Assembly: GCA_010356995.1 (NCBI GenBank)
Contig: ML996689.1
Span: 293,873-357,872, forward strand
From: Trichodelitschia bisporula
Lineage: Eukaryota
Direction of reading: 5' to 3'
DNA: 64,000 nucleotides
Part shown: piece after piece, positions 40,766 through 51,587 of the stretch
How positions within the stretch are numbered: position 1 is the first letter of the stretch
Layout: each line of letters opens with the position of its first letter
The notes under the pieces: model-generated
Told to the model about the DNA's origin: nothing
The model's database searches: none
Seen by the model: only the letters and a program-made list of their open reading frames with translations
Translations under genes and position numbers: made by a program

Positions 40766-42250
40766 ATGGCTGTCTCTCTGCATGAACGCCAACCATCTCC
40801 CTCCCTCTTCTCTCCCAAACCACCCTTCCGTACCGGTGCACACGCGAACTTCTATCGCCCACCAACAACCCCCGTCCTCCGATCCTCGAAGCATCGGCCC
40901 CTCACACCAAGCGGGGCCTCGAGCCGGAAGCGCGTCCGCCGCGGCTCAACCACAACTACACCTCTTCACTTCACACCACTGTCGACCTCTCCACCCACCA
41001 CAGCCACCTCATCGACCACGGCGTGGAGTTTCACAACCGATACTCCAGCCGACGATCCTATCCTCCGCTCCGCCGCCGCCAGCCCACCCCCTTTCGTCAA
41101 CACATATTACAACCTCGCCGGCGGGCTCGACACACCGACCGCCCTGCGCGCGAAGGCCACGGACGAAGACCGTAACGAATTCCGTCGCGACGCTGGTTTC
41201 CGCTCCAGCTGGGACCTCAACGCCGGCTCCCTAGACACCAGCGCCATGCGCCCCTCCACACCCCCACCCCGTCACAGCTCCGTCGCCCTGGGCCCGACCA
41301 CCCCGCCCCGAGAGCGGCACTCACGCCGCCGCTCGTGCACGCCCTCCGGCCCGCGCAGTCCGGGCGGGTGGACAGCGCTCATGGCTGCCATCGCGGGCCG
41401 CATGTGGGAATTCTGCAAGACCAGCGCGTTCCGCGGCTTCTACGCTGGGGGCGGGCGGGGCTACGCACTCAAGCCCGGCGCCAATGATTCGGCTGTCAGT
41501 TGGCAGGATCTTGCCGATAGCTCGACGTCGCTTCTACCCCTCGTGCCGCGCGAGGTTCCCGTCGAGATCAACTCCCGCTCCACGCCGATCCCCGGCCACT
41601 ACCCATCCAGCTCGCCTACGGCGCCCTCACCGGACTCTCGCCCTGCACCGAAGCGCATCCATACCGACTCGTCGCAGGGGTGGGTCGTCGTGTCACACGA
41701 GGGGAAGGACGACAGGCGGTCCCGCGAGTCGACACCCCGGTTAGCCTCACGGCGCACGCCGGGCTTCCAGGCCGTGAATGCTGCGGCCGCCATCCCGCGC
41801 CCCGTTTCTCGCGGGGGCAGCCGGCGCTCCCTAGTGCCGGTGTCGCGTCGCGGCGCGGCTGCTGCCACCGGTGGCTCGCGGCCCGGGTCTCGCGCCGGGC
41901 TCGTGAAGAAGGGGAGTCCGGGCCTGTCGCGCCCGTCGTCACGGCAGTCCAGTGTGCCCCGTGGGGAGCCCGCATCCCCGGCTAAGGCTGAGGCGCAGAA
42001 GTGGCAGGCGAGGCTGAGGCGGGAGGAACGGGCTCAGGATGCGAGTATTCGGAGGCTGAATGAGCAGCTTAAGGCGATGATCAAGGAGGGGAAGGAGGCG
42101 CTGGGTACGAAGATTGAGGTTGAGGCGTGGTGTGAGGGGGATGGGGCGATGGATGTTGATGAGGGGGTTGGGCGGGGAGGGGAGCTGGAGGATGAGGGGT
42201 TTGGGGAGGGGAGTTGGACTGAGGGTGCGGAGCGGAGGGATAGATGGTAG
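40766..42250 (+). CDS. Hypothetical, largely disordered S/P/R-rich protein with a C-terminal coiled coil
   Basis: First ATG at 40766 in a 1.5 kb ORF; ordered-looking blocks YNLAGGLDTP, MWEFCKTSAFRGFYAGGGRGY, SIRRLNEQLKAMIKEGKEALGTKIEV. Confidence 0.75.
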   Translation: MAVSLHERQPSPSLFSPKPPFRTGAHANFYRPPTTPVLRSSKHRPLTPSGASSRKRVRRGSTTTTPLHFTPLSTSPPTTATSSTTAWSFTTDTPADDPILRSAAASPPPFVNTYYNLAGGLDTPTALRAKATDEDRNEFRRDAGFRSSWDLNAGSLDTSAMRPSTPPPRHSSVALGPTTPPRERHSRRRSCTPSGPRSPGGWTALMAAIAGRMWEFCKTSAFRGFYAGGGRGYALKPGANDSAVSWQDLADSSTSLLPLVPREVPVEINSRSTPIPGHYPSSSPTAPSPDSRPAPKRIHTDSSQGWVVVSHEGKDDRRSRESTPRLASRRTPGFQAVNAAAAIPRPVSRGGSRRSLVPVSRRGAAAATGGSRPGSRAGLVKKGSPGLSRPSSRQSSVPRGEPASPAKAEAQKWQARLRREERAQDASIRRLNEQLKAMIKEGKEALGTKIEVEAWCEGDGAMDVDEGVGRGGELEDEGFGEGSWTEGAERRDRW

Positions 42251-43728
42251 TGTGGGTGCTTGCTTCTTGTGATGGGCTTTGCGGGTTGGCGTTTATTCTG
42301 GGTGGGGCGCTCCTGCTGGGCGTCGGTTTGTGGGTTATGTAGATTGCGATGGTCGCGAGACATGTGTATATGGCTTCTGAGATACGGCTGCGAGGCCTTA
42401 ATGGAATCTTTCACCTTGACTGCCATGGCTTCTTTGCCTTTTTCGAACGGCGTGATGGGACTTTTCTCTTCACACCCTCGCTCCGGAGCCCGTGGTCTAG
42501 CTTATCTCCACGTCAAAGCGCAAAATGAGTTTTGACTTCTTCGTGACTATCGCGGACAACAAAACTTGCGTAACCTCACATCAAGTCGCATATGGCGCCT
42601 GCTATTCCCGCCATGTTGCCGATTCTGCGCAACCTGAGACCATTAGAACTAATCGGAGAGTTTCTCTCTCATATATGCCACCCACGTGCTCTTGCATCGT
42701 GTAACAGCGGCCCTCGCAGGCGAATCGCCGATGTACAATTGTTCAACACAGGATAACAGGTTTCGAGGAGCCAGTTTAGAAGGCGACAGACGTGAGATGT
42801 AGTTCTAGTCATTTCGTATCTAATCCTAGTTACTACAGTCCTTGAGTCGGTCAGATTTATGACCTGCATCGTCGAGTAACATACAACTCTGTGCTACGAA
42901 GCTTTAAACAAGCCATGCCGTCATGCCGGTTGGCAATGCAGCCCACATAGCAGGTTTCTGCTTCCCACTACTCCAAAGGGGTCAACTGGGTAAATACGTA
43001 GCTGAAGCTTTGATCAGTAGCGAGAAAATGGTGGACTAGCGGTAACCTACGGATCGATTTGATTTTTCTCCAGATCACACGTTCACCGGTTCGTGGAAGG
43101 TACAACATCGTCATGTTCGATGACCCGAACTTTCGGTATGACGCGACTCAACCGCTCCTTATCTTCTTCGCTAGGAACCATACCAAACTTCTCTTCGGCT
43201 TTGTCGGAGAGAAGCAGTCCAATACCAGCGTAGGCCATGATGCCGACGCCGAGCAAAACTCGTGTACGGGGTGCGAGTCCTCGGTACTTCCTAGCTTCAT
43301 CTCAGCTGCAGCCTTTTCGAGTTGGCAGGAGATAAGTAGCCGTGAGCGCCAGTCCCACTTACTCCCAGATAGACATCTTCACCAAGAAAACAGTAGAGAT
43401 TTCGCAAGCACAAATAGAAGGTCAAGATAAAGTTGCGCCAGTCCAACGGGGTCTCCACAGATCGACGCACGGACAGGGTTCCGCCGGAAGAGGACAAGCT
43501 CGCTGGATACTCCGCAACTCCTTGTCGTCTCGACGGTACGTTTGCACCCCACCCCCCTCGAGTCCTCAACTATCAACATCATGACAGACTGATATCAGCA
43601 GACTGCCTCCATACCACTCACCAACCTGTCGTTAGCTTCAAAAGGCGTCATGCCATTCATGGACACGGATTCTCCACCGTAGCCCCCGACTTATTCCCTC
43701 CATCACTCCTCCTCTTCGAACAGGCACC

Positions 43729-45474
43729 ATGGCACGCTGGCGCCGCAGCAGTGCTATCACCGTCTCCAAGTTCCTCTGCGCCGCCATCATCATCGCATTC
43801 TACCTCCTCTACACCGCATTTCACCGGCCAGCCCCCTCTCCCCGCAAGCTTCCTCTACCAAAACGCCCCTCCATACAACTCGAATCTTGGAAGAATGGCA
43901 CAGGCCGAGCAGACGAGGACCGCCGCGAGGAAGTGCGCAGGGCAATGCAGCACACATTCTGGGGCTATCGCAAACGGGCTTGGGGCCACGACGACCTCAA
44001 ACCCGTCTCGGGCGGTTTCCAGGATACGCGCAACGGATGGGGAGCTTTCATAGTCGATTCAAGCACAACACTCGCCCTCATGGGACTCTGGGATGAGCTG
44101 GACCTGGCTTTGGACTTCATAGTCAACGATGTCGATTTCTCGTCGCCCAAAGGGCTCGTCGATCCTTTCGAAACCACTATTCGCTACTTGGGCGCTCTGG
44201 TCTCCTTGGTTGACCTCGCTGACGCCCGTATCATTCCTCCGTCCATTTTTGGTCTCTCACGTCGCTCCGCTCTCATACACAAAGCCACCGTGCTTGGTAC
44301 AAGCCTTCTTCCAGCGTACGATTCACCTACGGGATTGCCTTGGCCACGCGTAAACTTTACAACGAAGCAGGGCGAAGCTGACCCGCCTGAGGTGTACGAA
44401 CTCGACCCCTCGAAGCCCCGTCGCAAGAATCCAGCCATAGGACCTGCCCGTGCGGGATCCAGCATACTCGAGAACTGCGTTCTCTCGCGCCTCACTGGCA
44501 ACCAACAGTTTTGCAAGAGCGCCTCCCTGGCATGGGCCCCCCTCATCTGGAGCAAATTCTTCGTCAAAGACGCGCCGGGACTGGTTGATTCTCCAGTCGA
44601 CATTGTCACCGGAGAGCCAGTGGGCCGTGACAAGCAGTGGGATGCCGGGCACGATAGCTACTACGAATATCTCCTGAAGGCTTCGCTGCTCCTATCCGGC
44701 ACGCCGGAGGCAAAGACGTACACCGAGCGCTGGACGCAAGCCGCTTCTGCCCTGCGCCACAATCTCAGTTCTCGCGCTTCAGCCTCCGAGCATGAGCTTG
44801 AGAGCCATCTCTACGCTGGCAAGCTCCACGGCCCGTGGTTTGTCAATGAGATGTCTCATCTGGCGTGCTTCGCCCCCGGCAACGTGCTCCTCGGCGCGCG
44901 CGCCCTCAAGCGGCCCGATCTCGTCCCGCTCGGTCTCGCGTTACTGGATGGATGTCGGCACGTGTACGCCGCATCGCCGCTGGGTATCGGGCCCGAATCC
45001 TGGTCGTGGATACCTTCCGGCGGTCAGCGAGCTGGGGCGTTTGAGCCGAAGTCGCAGAGGGCGAAGGATGAGCTGGCGCAGCATGGCTTTTGGACGGCTA
45101 AGGCGTATTACAAGCTTCGACCTGAATACGTTGAGAGTTTGTTTTATGCTTGGCGGATTACCGGGCAGAGCAGATATAGGGAATGGGCTTGGGAAGCTTT
45201 CCAGGCGTGGGAACGGTGGTGTCGGACGGAATTGGGTTATGCCGGGGTGCAGGACGTTATGGCTAAAGAGGGCGAGGTTCGGCTTGATGATGAGGCGGAG
45301 AGTTTTTGGGCGGCGGAGACGCTAAAGTATGCGTTTCTGATTTTTGAAGATGTGAAGGTTGCGAGTTTGGATGATTGGATATTCAGCACGGAGGGGCACT
45401 TGTTCTGGCGTGGAGCGGGAAGAAAGGGGAAGAATTCAAAGGACAAAACTAGGGAGAAGGAGAGGGAGGTGTAA
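43729..45474 (+). CDS. Glycoside hydrolase family 47 alpha-1,2-mannosidase, type II membrane anchor, intronless
   Basis: AWGHDDLKPVS, FETTIRYLG, DSYYEYLLK, HLACF, LRPEYVES, ESFWAAETLKY, STEGH. Confidence 0.93.
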   Translation: MARWRRSSAITVSKFLCAAIIIAFYLLYTAFHRPAPSPRKLPLPKRPSIQLESWKNGTGRADEDRREEVRRAMQHTFWGYRKRAWGHDDLKPVSGGFQDTRNGWGAFIVDSSTTLALMGLWDELDLALDFIVNDVDFSSPKGLVDPFETTIRYLGALVSLVDLADARIIPPSIFGLSRRSALIHKATVLGTSLLPAYDSPTGLPWPRVNFTTKQGEADPPEVYELDPSKPRRKNPAIGPARAGSSILENCVLSRLTGNQQFCKSASLAWAPLIWSKFFVKDAPGLVDSPVDIVTGEPVGRDKQWDAGHDSYYEYLLKASLLLSGTPEAKTYTERWTQAASALRHNLSSRASASEHELESHLYAGKLHGPWFVNEMSHLACFAPGNVLLGARALKRPDLVPLGLALLDGCRHVYAASPLGIGPESWSWIPSGGQRAGAFEPKSQRAKDELAQHGFWTAKAYYKLRPEYVESLFYAWRITGQSRYREWAWEAFQAWERWCRTELGYAGVQDVMAKEGEVRLDDEAESFWAAETLKYAFLIFEDVKVASLDDWIFSTEGHLFWRGAGRKGKNSKDKTREKEREV

Positions 45475-46271
45475 CGAGGCCGGATGTTGTTGATGTTGGA
45501 TGTGCTATGTATATATCTTGTCTCTGAACTTGGGGTGCATGGCTTGGCGCTAGGACGAGGGCTCATGGGAAAATTCAAGGTGCTGTCGTGGATGATATGA
45601 ACGGGTATGATGGTATCCGAATGGCATTGTGAAATTGCAGTCGAACTCCGACCTGTCGAATCATGATACGCGGGTGAGGAGTTCCGAGGCGTGTTGTGAT
45701 ACATTGCGGGGTACTTACGACGGCGTGGCTTGGAAAGTCGTGCTTAACGATAGGCGCAACTTCCCCACGCCGCTAAACTCGCACTTGTGGGAATGGCGCG
45801 CGGATTCAAGGCGGCGAAATGTTGATTATCAACCGCGTCTCCATAACTTTAGCGAAGATGTTACTTCGCGGTAGAGACTTGCGGCAAAAGGAAGGGTTCT
45901 AGACGCAAGCTAAACGCGAAGTTGAAATTCGCTCATTCGCATGATCAGTCGGGCTCAACAAGTCACTAAAATAGCGCGGAAGAAAAAGGGGGCTAAGCAT
46001 AGCGGAGTGGCGTCTGGATCTGGCCTTACAGGGAGAGAACGAGTGGCCTTTCCCGCTACAATAGGCTGGACCCGCCCCCGGATTTCGCTCTCGAATTGTG
46101 ACTTGCAAACACTCACTCCACCGCGCAGACCGAAATCCTTTCGCTTTCAAAATTTTCCTAGCGTTAACACCGGGCCGTCGTCTTCTTTTAAAAGCATCAT
46201 CGTTCACCTCGGTTTTCTGTTTGAAGATACCCAACGAAAACTTCAGCATTCCACTTGCATCCTCAGGAAAA

Positions 46272-46637
46272 ATGTCGATCATGAAGATTGTCGCTATGCG
46301 CACCGCTGCTCGTCGCGTTTTGAGCGTGAGTCAACACCAACGCCGGCCACGCGACATTGGTGCAATGTCTCGGTCTCAAATGCGCTGTTCTAACTCCGAT
46401 CAGACACCTCGTTCCTTCGCTACCACGCCTCTGCGCGCCGACTTCACGCGCGAACCTACGCAGCGCATCGGCGCCACCATCTCCCACCTCGCTGAGACTG
46501 CCCAATATCAGGTTGCCGACGCTTCGTTCAAGGCCGGTGTTGTGTACACTTTGCTTGGAGTCACTGTCCTTGGTGGTGGCTTCCTCGTCGCTACAGCTGG
46601 CCCTGAGAAGACCGTAAAGGCTGGGGACCTGCTCTGA
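46272..46637 (+). CDS. Small (~95 aa) putative mitochondrial single-pass membrane protein; intron 46326-46403
   Basis: MSIMKIVAMRTAARRVLS|TPRSFATTPLRA (presequence-like), GTGAGT..CTAAC..CAG intron, hydrophobic GVVYTLLGVTVLGGGFLVATA, C/T-ending codon bias. Confidence 0.6.
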   Translation: MSIMKIVAMRTAARRVLSVSQHQRRPRDIGAMSRSQMRCSNSDQTPRSFATTPLRADFTREPTQRIGATISHLAETAQYQVADASFKAGVVYTLLGVTVLGGGFLVATAGPEKTVKAGDLL

Positions 46638-47209
46638 GCGATACAGGAATGTGCATCGGGATCGGTATGGCGGGACTGGAGTTATCGGTGGGGGTTCATG
46701 GGCGGCGGAGGGATACGGAGGTAATGGGAACGGGACCGCATTGATTTCGCTCGAGGGCGGATTGAGCTTGTTTTTCCTCTGTATGCACATCTAGACTAGG
46801 CGGTGTGACATTGCCGAGCATCTGCGTAGACCTAGAGGCATAGATTTTCTGCTCTACACTGTTTGACTGCATCATGAGAAATATGAGATGGTCAATATCT
46901 ACTGAAATTTCTTCATGTATATTGCTTGCCACTCGTACCACTCACGATAAATGATCTACGGTAGGTATTCAACGCAAGGCAGCAACAAGGCGTCAGGCAC
47001 CAGCCCGCCTTGTGCTTACATAACTGCATCAAAGCTTGGCGGCAAGCTTTACACGCGCCAGTCACTGGTCGACACAACAGAGGATCAGACAATACACCGG
47101 CCCCAAGGACCCAGTCGTGATACCACCATAAATACAGCGCGCCGCCCCGCCTTACGCCAGACGTCGTCGCCCTGGATGCACCGCATATACGCAGTACTCA
47201 AACTTTCGA

Positions 47210-49165
47210 ATGGCGCGCGTCAGGAGCACAAAATCGGCGGCGCATCCCGCGCGCGTCACGTCCAACCCTAAATCCGCACCCCACAACCCGCCCTCCGATA
47301 ATGAGACCATTGCGGTCGTAATGCCTCCCCGCGAACCTGGCCCTAAGACGAGCGAGAAGAAACAAGACGCACCTGATGCGCCGCCTGCGACTAGGCAAAC
47401 GCGCGGGCGGAAGGCAAACACCGCGCCTGTGCCCAAACCTAAACCGGTGGAGGAGGATGTCGCGACGGAGGATGGGCCGGAGCAACCGGTTGCTAAAGCT
47501 CGTACGCGGGTGCGCAGAGCTCAGGCTCCTAAGAAGGTTACCACGACTGCGGAACAGAAGGCCGCGCTTGAGAAACTGCAGGCGCAGATGCGTGCGGCCC
47601 AGGCTGCGAGGGAAGGAGCGAAGGAGTCTGGTCGAGTGACGGCATCGACGCGTCAGATACAACGTGCTCGTTCTCAGCAGGGATCGCCTCCCGCAAAATC
47701 AATGCCTCCGAAGTCGACACCTGTCGAAGAGGCCCCAAAGAGCAGTAGTACTGTGCTTGTACGGGGTACTGCAGAAGAGCAAGTTGAAGAGCCGTCAACG
47801 CCTGAAGCTACACAGCTAGTACGGGGTACTGCAGAACCGGAAGCTGAAGAACCAGCAACACCAGAGCCTACACAGCATACCGTTCGTGTGCCAAATACGC
47901 CCGATATGCTTGCTGCGGCACCACCGGCTGCTCTACCTGAGCGTACGCTCGTTGAGAACACGCCTCCTCCTCCGGACGACGATGACGACCTGTACGGCCT
48001 CTCCCCTAGTGGGCATACCACGCAGCTGCTCATCGAGCAGCGGCGACAAAGCGCTGTCGCTGTGCCCCAATCGACGCTTCGTGCACGAGGGACTCCCCAC
48101 ATCGAATCTTCCGTACTCCCTCTAGCGAAGTTCAAGCGACGGCCCCGGCAAGGCAGTGTGATTCATATGGTGGCACCGCAGGATACGCTGATGGATGTGG
48201 ACAACTCTGAGCTCGATGCCCAGGTTGACAACTACCTTGACTTGTTCCAAAACTTCAACCCGGAAGATGAGTCTACGCCTCTGAATCTGAATAAGAGGCT
48301 TCGGGACGCACAGAGCACGAAGGAAAAGGAAAAGGACGTCTCCCCAGAGGAGCCCATGCGCAGCTCGAGCACTGGCAAGAGGAAACGCGGCTCTGATGTG
48401 GTTGTCCATCACATTGAACCGACACCGTCTCCGAGCATCCCTTCGTCCCCGCCTCCAGATGTTCATCGCGAACCCTCGGTCCCCCGTTCTGATGTCTCGC
48501 TCCCGGATGCAAGCATCACCCCAGTTGCCCAACATAGTGCCATCCCTGACATCGATTCCGACACCATGGCTCCGCCGCATTCGACTTCATCACTCTCTCC
48601 ACAGTCACCCCGAACAACCACGGTCGTTTCACCACTCAGTGCCAAATCCCGCAAGCCGGGAAAGCCGGGAAAGCAGAAAAATAAGCCACAGAAAAAGCAA
48701 CCGAAACTCGATACCGCCACCCTGCAATCTCTCCTCCCCCTCCCTCGGACGCGGGCTCAGCGGAAAACCCACAAGGACGCATACGAGATATCATCAGATA
48801 ACCTGAATGATGAGAGCATGATGGATGCACCTTCCGACAGCCCGGACGATGACAGCGAAATCTACTCACCAAAGGGCGCTAGGCGACCGAAGAAGGCGCC
48901 GCCGAAGCGGGGCCGTAAGGCTCCGGAGAAGACGACGTCTAAAGGAGCGGGCGGGAAGACAACCTACGGCAAGCGGGGAGCGCATGCTGAAGACACGGAT
49001 AAGGAAAATGGTGCGGGACGACGGACTAGTGGGGATTCCGATTTGACGACTGATGGCCGCGATCTCGAAGCTGCGAGGCAGAAGTTCAAGGAGGTTGATG
49101 CGTGGGAGATGGAGTTTGAGAGTGTGGAATCGGGGGGTGGGGAGATGTCGAGTCCGTGGCGTTAA
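47210..49165 (+). CDS. Disordered nuclear protein with KEN box and sororin-like C-terminal motif
   Basis: 651 aa; DKEN followed by LEAARQKFKEVDAWEMEFESV, resembling the sororin C-terminal helix; many S/T-P sites. Confidence 0.7.
   Translation: MARVRSTKSAAHPARVTSNPKSAPHNPPSDNETIAVVMPPREPGPKTSEKKQDAPDAPPATRQTRGRKANTAPVPKPKPVEEDVATEDGPEQPVAKARTRVRRAQAPKKVTTTAEQKAALEKLQAQMRAAQAAREGAKESGRVTASTRQIQRARSQQGSPPAKSMPPKSTPVEEAPKSSSTVLVRGTAEEQVEEPSTPEATQLVRGTAEPEAEEPATPEPTQHTVRVPNTPDMLAAAPPAALPERTLVENTPPPPDDDDDLYGLSPSGHTTQLLIEQRRQSAVAVPQSTLRARGTPHIESSVLPLAKFKRRPRQGSVIHMVAPQDTLMDVDNSELDAQVDNYLDLFQNFNPEDESTPLNLNKRLRDAQSTKEKEKDVSPEEPMRSSSTGKRKRGSDVVVHHIEPTPSPSIPSSPPPDVHREPSVPRSDVSLPDASITPVAQHSAIPDIDSDTMAPPHSTSSLSPQSPRTTTVVSPLSAKSRKPGKPGKQKNKPQKKQPKLDTATLQSLLPLPRTRAQRKTHKDAYEISSDNLNDESMMDAPSDSPDDDSEIYSPKGARRPKKAPPKRGRKAPEKTTSKGAGGKTTYGKRGAHAEDTDKENGAGRRTSGDSDLTTDGRDLEAARQKFKEVDAWEMEFESVESGGGEMSSPWR
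47756..47875 (+). repeat. 60 bp (20 aa) coding tandem duplication
   Basis: LVRGTAEEQVEEPSTPEATQ / LVRGTAEPEAEEPATPEPTQ. Confidence 0.85.
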
Positions 49166-49554
49166 GGAGGTTTATGTTGGATGAGTTATGAATGGGCGCA
49201 TGTTCATGGGAGGGGATCTGGCGTTGAATCAACGGAGGGAGGACATACGGGCGTGGGTTAGGGATGTATAATACTTGGTTCTGAAGTTTGTCACACGGAT
49301 CAGGTCAGTTCGGAGGCAAGATACCGTCTGAGGTTCTCGTACGAATGCGAAATGTTCCTCTAATCTCAAGATGTGAATGCTCGTCACTTCATGAATGTGG
49401 TTTGTCTCGTATGCCTCAGGCAGAACGGCACGCGTGAACTTTATTCCGACGTCGCGTCTCCCGTTCCAAGCAGCCGCGCGCGTCTTCCACCAACATTCAA
49501 TGTTTAGACCCGACGTCAAACTACTGCGCTGGCGGATATCAAAGAGCAGTAAAG

Positions 49555-50769
49555 ATGGCGTCAAATTTGCATAGCTGGATGGACCGAAAGGTGCCCGATA
49601 GTCAATTCGAGCAGCAACGAGGAACGACTCCGACCCCGCTTCCAGACAGAGCTCATGCAGCGTCGCTGAAAATCCCCACGCGCCCGATGGCAGGCGCGCC
49701 TGCAAAGGGAATAGATCCATTCGACACTGACTACGAGGGTTCCACGACTGCTCCTACCGCCGCACAAATTCAAGCACATGACAACCATCCGCCAAACTAT
49801 GCTATTCCCCATCGCGCAACTCCCGAGCCGCGCAATGACATGTACCAGTACGGCGTAAGAGAAGAAAGTGCCGAAATTTTGCCCGAAAGCTCAGACGTGG
49901 AAGAAGTGGGAGATCCGGAAGATAGCCAGAAGGTTCGAATGGATAGTTTGTTCATGGCCGCCAAACAGGCGAAAGATGAAGCCGAAGCGCAACGCCAGGG
50001 CTGGGCCAGTTCGTATCCGCCTTCAACACCTGGTCCGGCCGATGCTGAACACATCGCAGTTGAGAATGTCGAAGCACCGCTGGTTGTAGAACCGGTCACC
50101 GAGGCCAATATGGGATACAACACCCAATATGCCGGCCCGCATGCGATAGACGGAACTCAGAACAAGGCGCCTTTCGCATCCCGTCCTAGGGCCGCACGGC
50201 GCTTTCCTACTACCTTTGCTCCTCAACCTCGCACCCTGCAGCCTGAGATCCAGCGCCCGTCAACTACACCGGTGGTCCGGCAACATGTTGCCCCAGTAGC
50301 CCTGCCGTCAAACTCGCGGAAGCGGGACCGAAGCCCTGCTGCGCAGCTGGACTACACTCCCGCAGAGCTCGATAAAATGACATACGAAGAGCTTCAAACT
50401 CAGAAATTTGACTACGACCCGAACCCACCTCAGCTTGACGACTACGATGCCTCTCAGCCTCTGCCCATGCGTATGAAGGCCTTTATGAAGCGACCTGAGG
50501 ACGACAAGAGGAAGTTTTTTGTGTCTCTCAGCGCTGATGAACAAAAGGAGGCTGAAGCATGGTTTATGGACCAGTTCCGCGGGATAGAGGATAAGTTCAG
50601 CGGCATCCGGGAGATGAGGCGCAAGCAGACTGAGAAGCTGGAGGGCGATATGAAGGCCCGGCATGACCAGGTGGTTGCGCGCAAGGAACTGATCGACGAG
50701 GAGCTCGTGCGGATCCGCACGCAGGGCCAGGGTGTCCTCAGATCACCTTCCCGCAGACCTAATAACTGA
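49555..50769 (+). CDS. ECM11 C-terminal-domain protein
   Basis: LDYTPAELDKMTYEELQTQKFDYDP..FFVSLS..E..EAEAWFMDQF followed by a coiled coil ending GQGVL. Confidence 0.75.
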   Translation: MASNLHSWMDRKVPDSQFEQQRGTTPTPLPDRAHAASLKIPTRPMAGAPAKGIDPFDTDYEGSTTAPTAAQIQAHDNHPPNYAIPHRATPEPRNDMYQYGVREESAEILPESSDVEEVGDPEDSQKVRMDSLFMAAKQAKDEAEAQRQGWASSYPPSTPGPADAEHIAVENVEAPLVVEPVTEANMGYNTQYAGPHAIDGTQNKAPFASRPRAARRFPTTFAPQPRTLQPEIQRPSTTPVVRQHVAPVALPSNSRKRDRSPAAQLDYTPAELDKMTYEELQTQKFDYDPNPPQLDDYDASQPLPMRMKAFMKRPEDDKRKFFVSLSADEQKEAEAWFMDQFRGIEDKFSGIREMRRKQTEKLEGDMKARHDQVVARKELIDEELVRIRTQGQGVLRSPSRRPNN

Positions 50770-51587
50770 GCATTTGACTACGTTTACGAGATCTACGAGA
50801 TTTCTTAAGGGGCTACGGTTAGGCGCTGGGAGCGCGGCTATGTGGGAACTTGGCATGGTTCGGCGTCATATATTCTCCTGAGAGGCGTTAGAGAGCTGTT
50901 TATGGTGTATTGCGATAGTCTTTTCTATCATTGGCATCTCAATTCCCAGCGGATGTTTACCCGTCCACCAAACGACCCTCTTGTCGGGAATTGCAAGGTG
51001 TGTAAAGTGGCAGATGCTTGGCTCTCATATCCCACCACTCTATGAAGATACCCTGTGGGACCAGAATGAACCGCCGCAAGTCCCTAGGACGATACTTTGA
51101 GTGTCTATGGTGTGCTGAACATTCCAACGGCCCGTGATAAGATCTCATGCTGCCAAGAGCCCTCTGCATTCAGACGCGACGTGTCTCCCCAAACCAGCTG
51201 AGTGCAACCACCCGAGGACAAACTAAGCGGCCTGCAGCAACCCCCTCCTTCCCGTAGGCAGCTTACAGTGCTGTGCCCCGCTACACGCAGCTTCCCGCCC
51301 GCTTTGTATCGTCCGTGGTCCTCGTCGGGCCCCGAGGTACGCGTACCGGTACAGCCCCCACCTCCGCCTTTCCAGCCGCTTGGCTCTGCTCCCCTCCCGA
51401 CACCGGCAAACTGGCGCCCCTCATCCGCTCCAAGCTGTTCCTCACGAGCCTCGTACTGTTTGCGAGCATCTTCTTCATCCTGGCTTCCACGAGGATCGGC
51501 GCACGTGTAAAGCTTTTATTCAACCAGCTCGCTCCGCCGCGCTTTTCGTCGCCGCCGCTTAGTTACCGCCCGCTTACTTCCTCTGTC

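Noticed and set aside
43030..43430. 123-codon ORF with a protein-like start and nearby splice-like signals upstream of GH47
   Set aside because: No convincing start, gene model or family motif; could be a relic but cannot be supported
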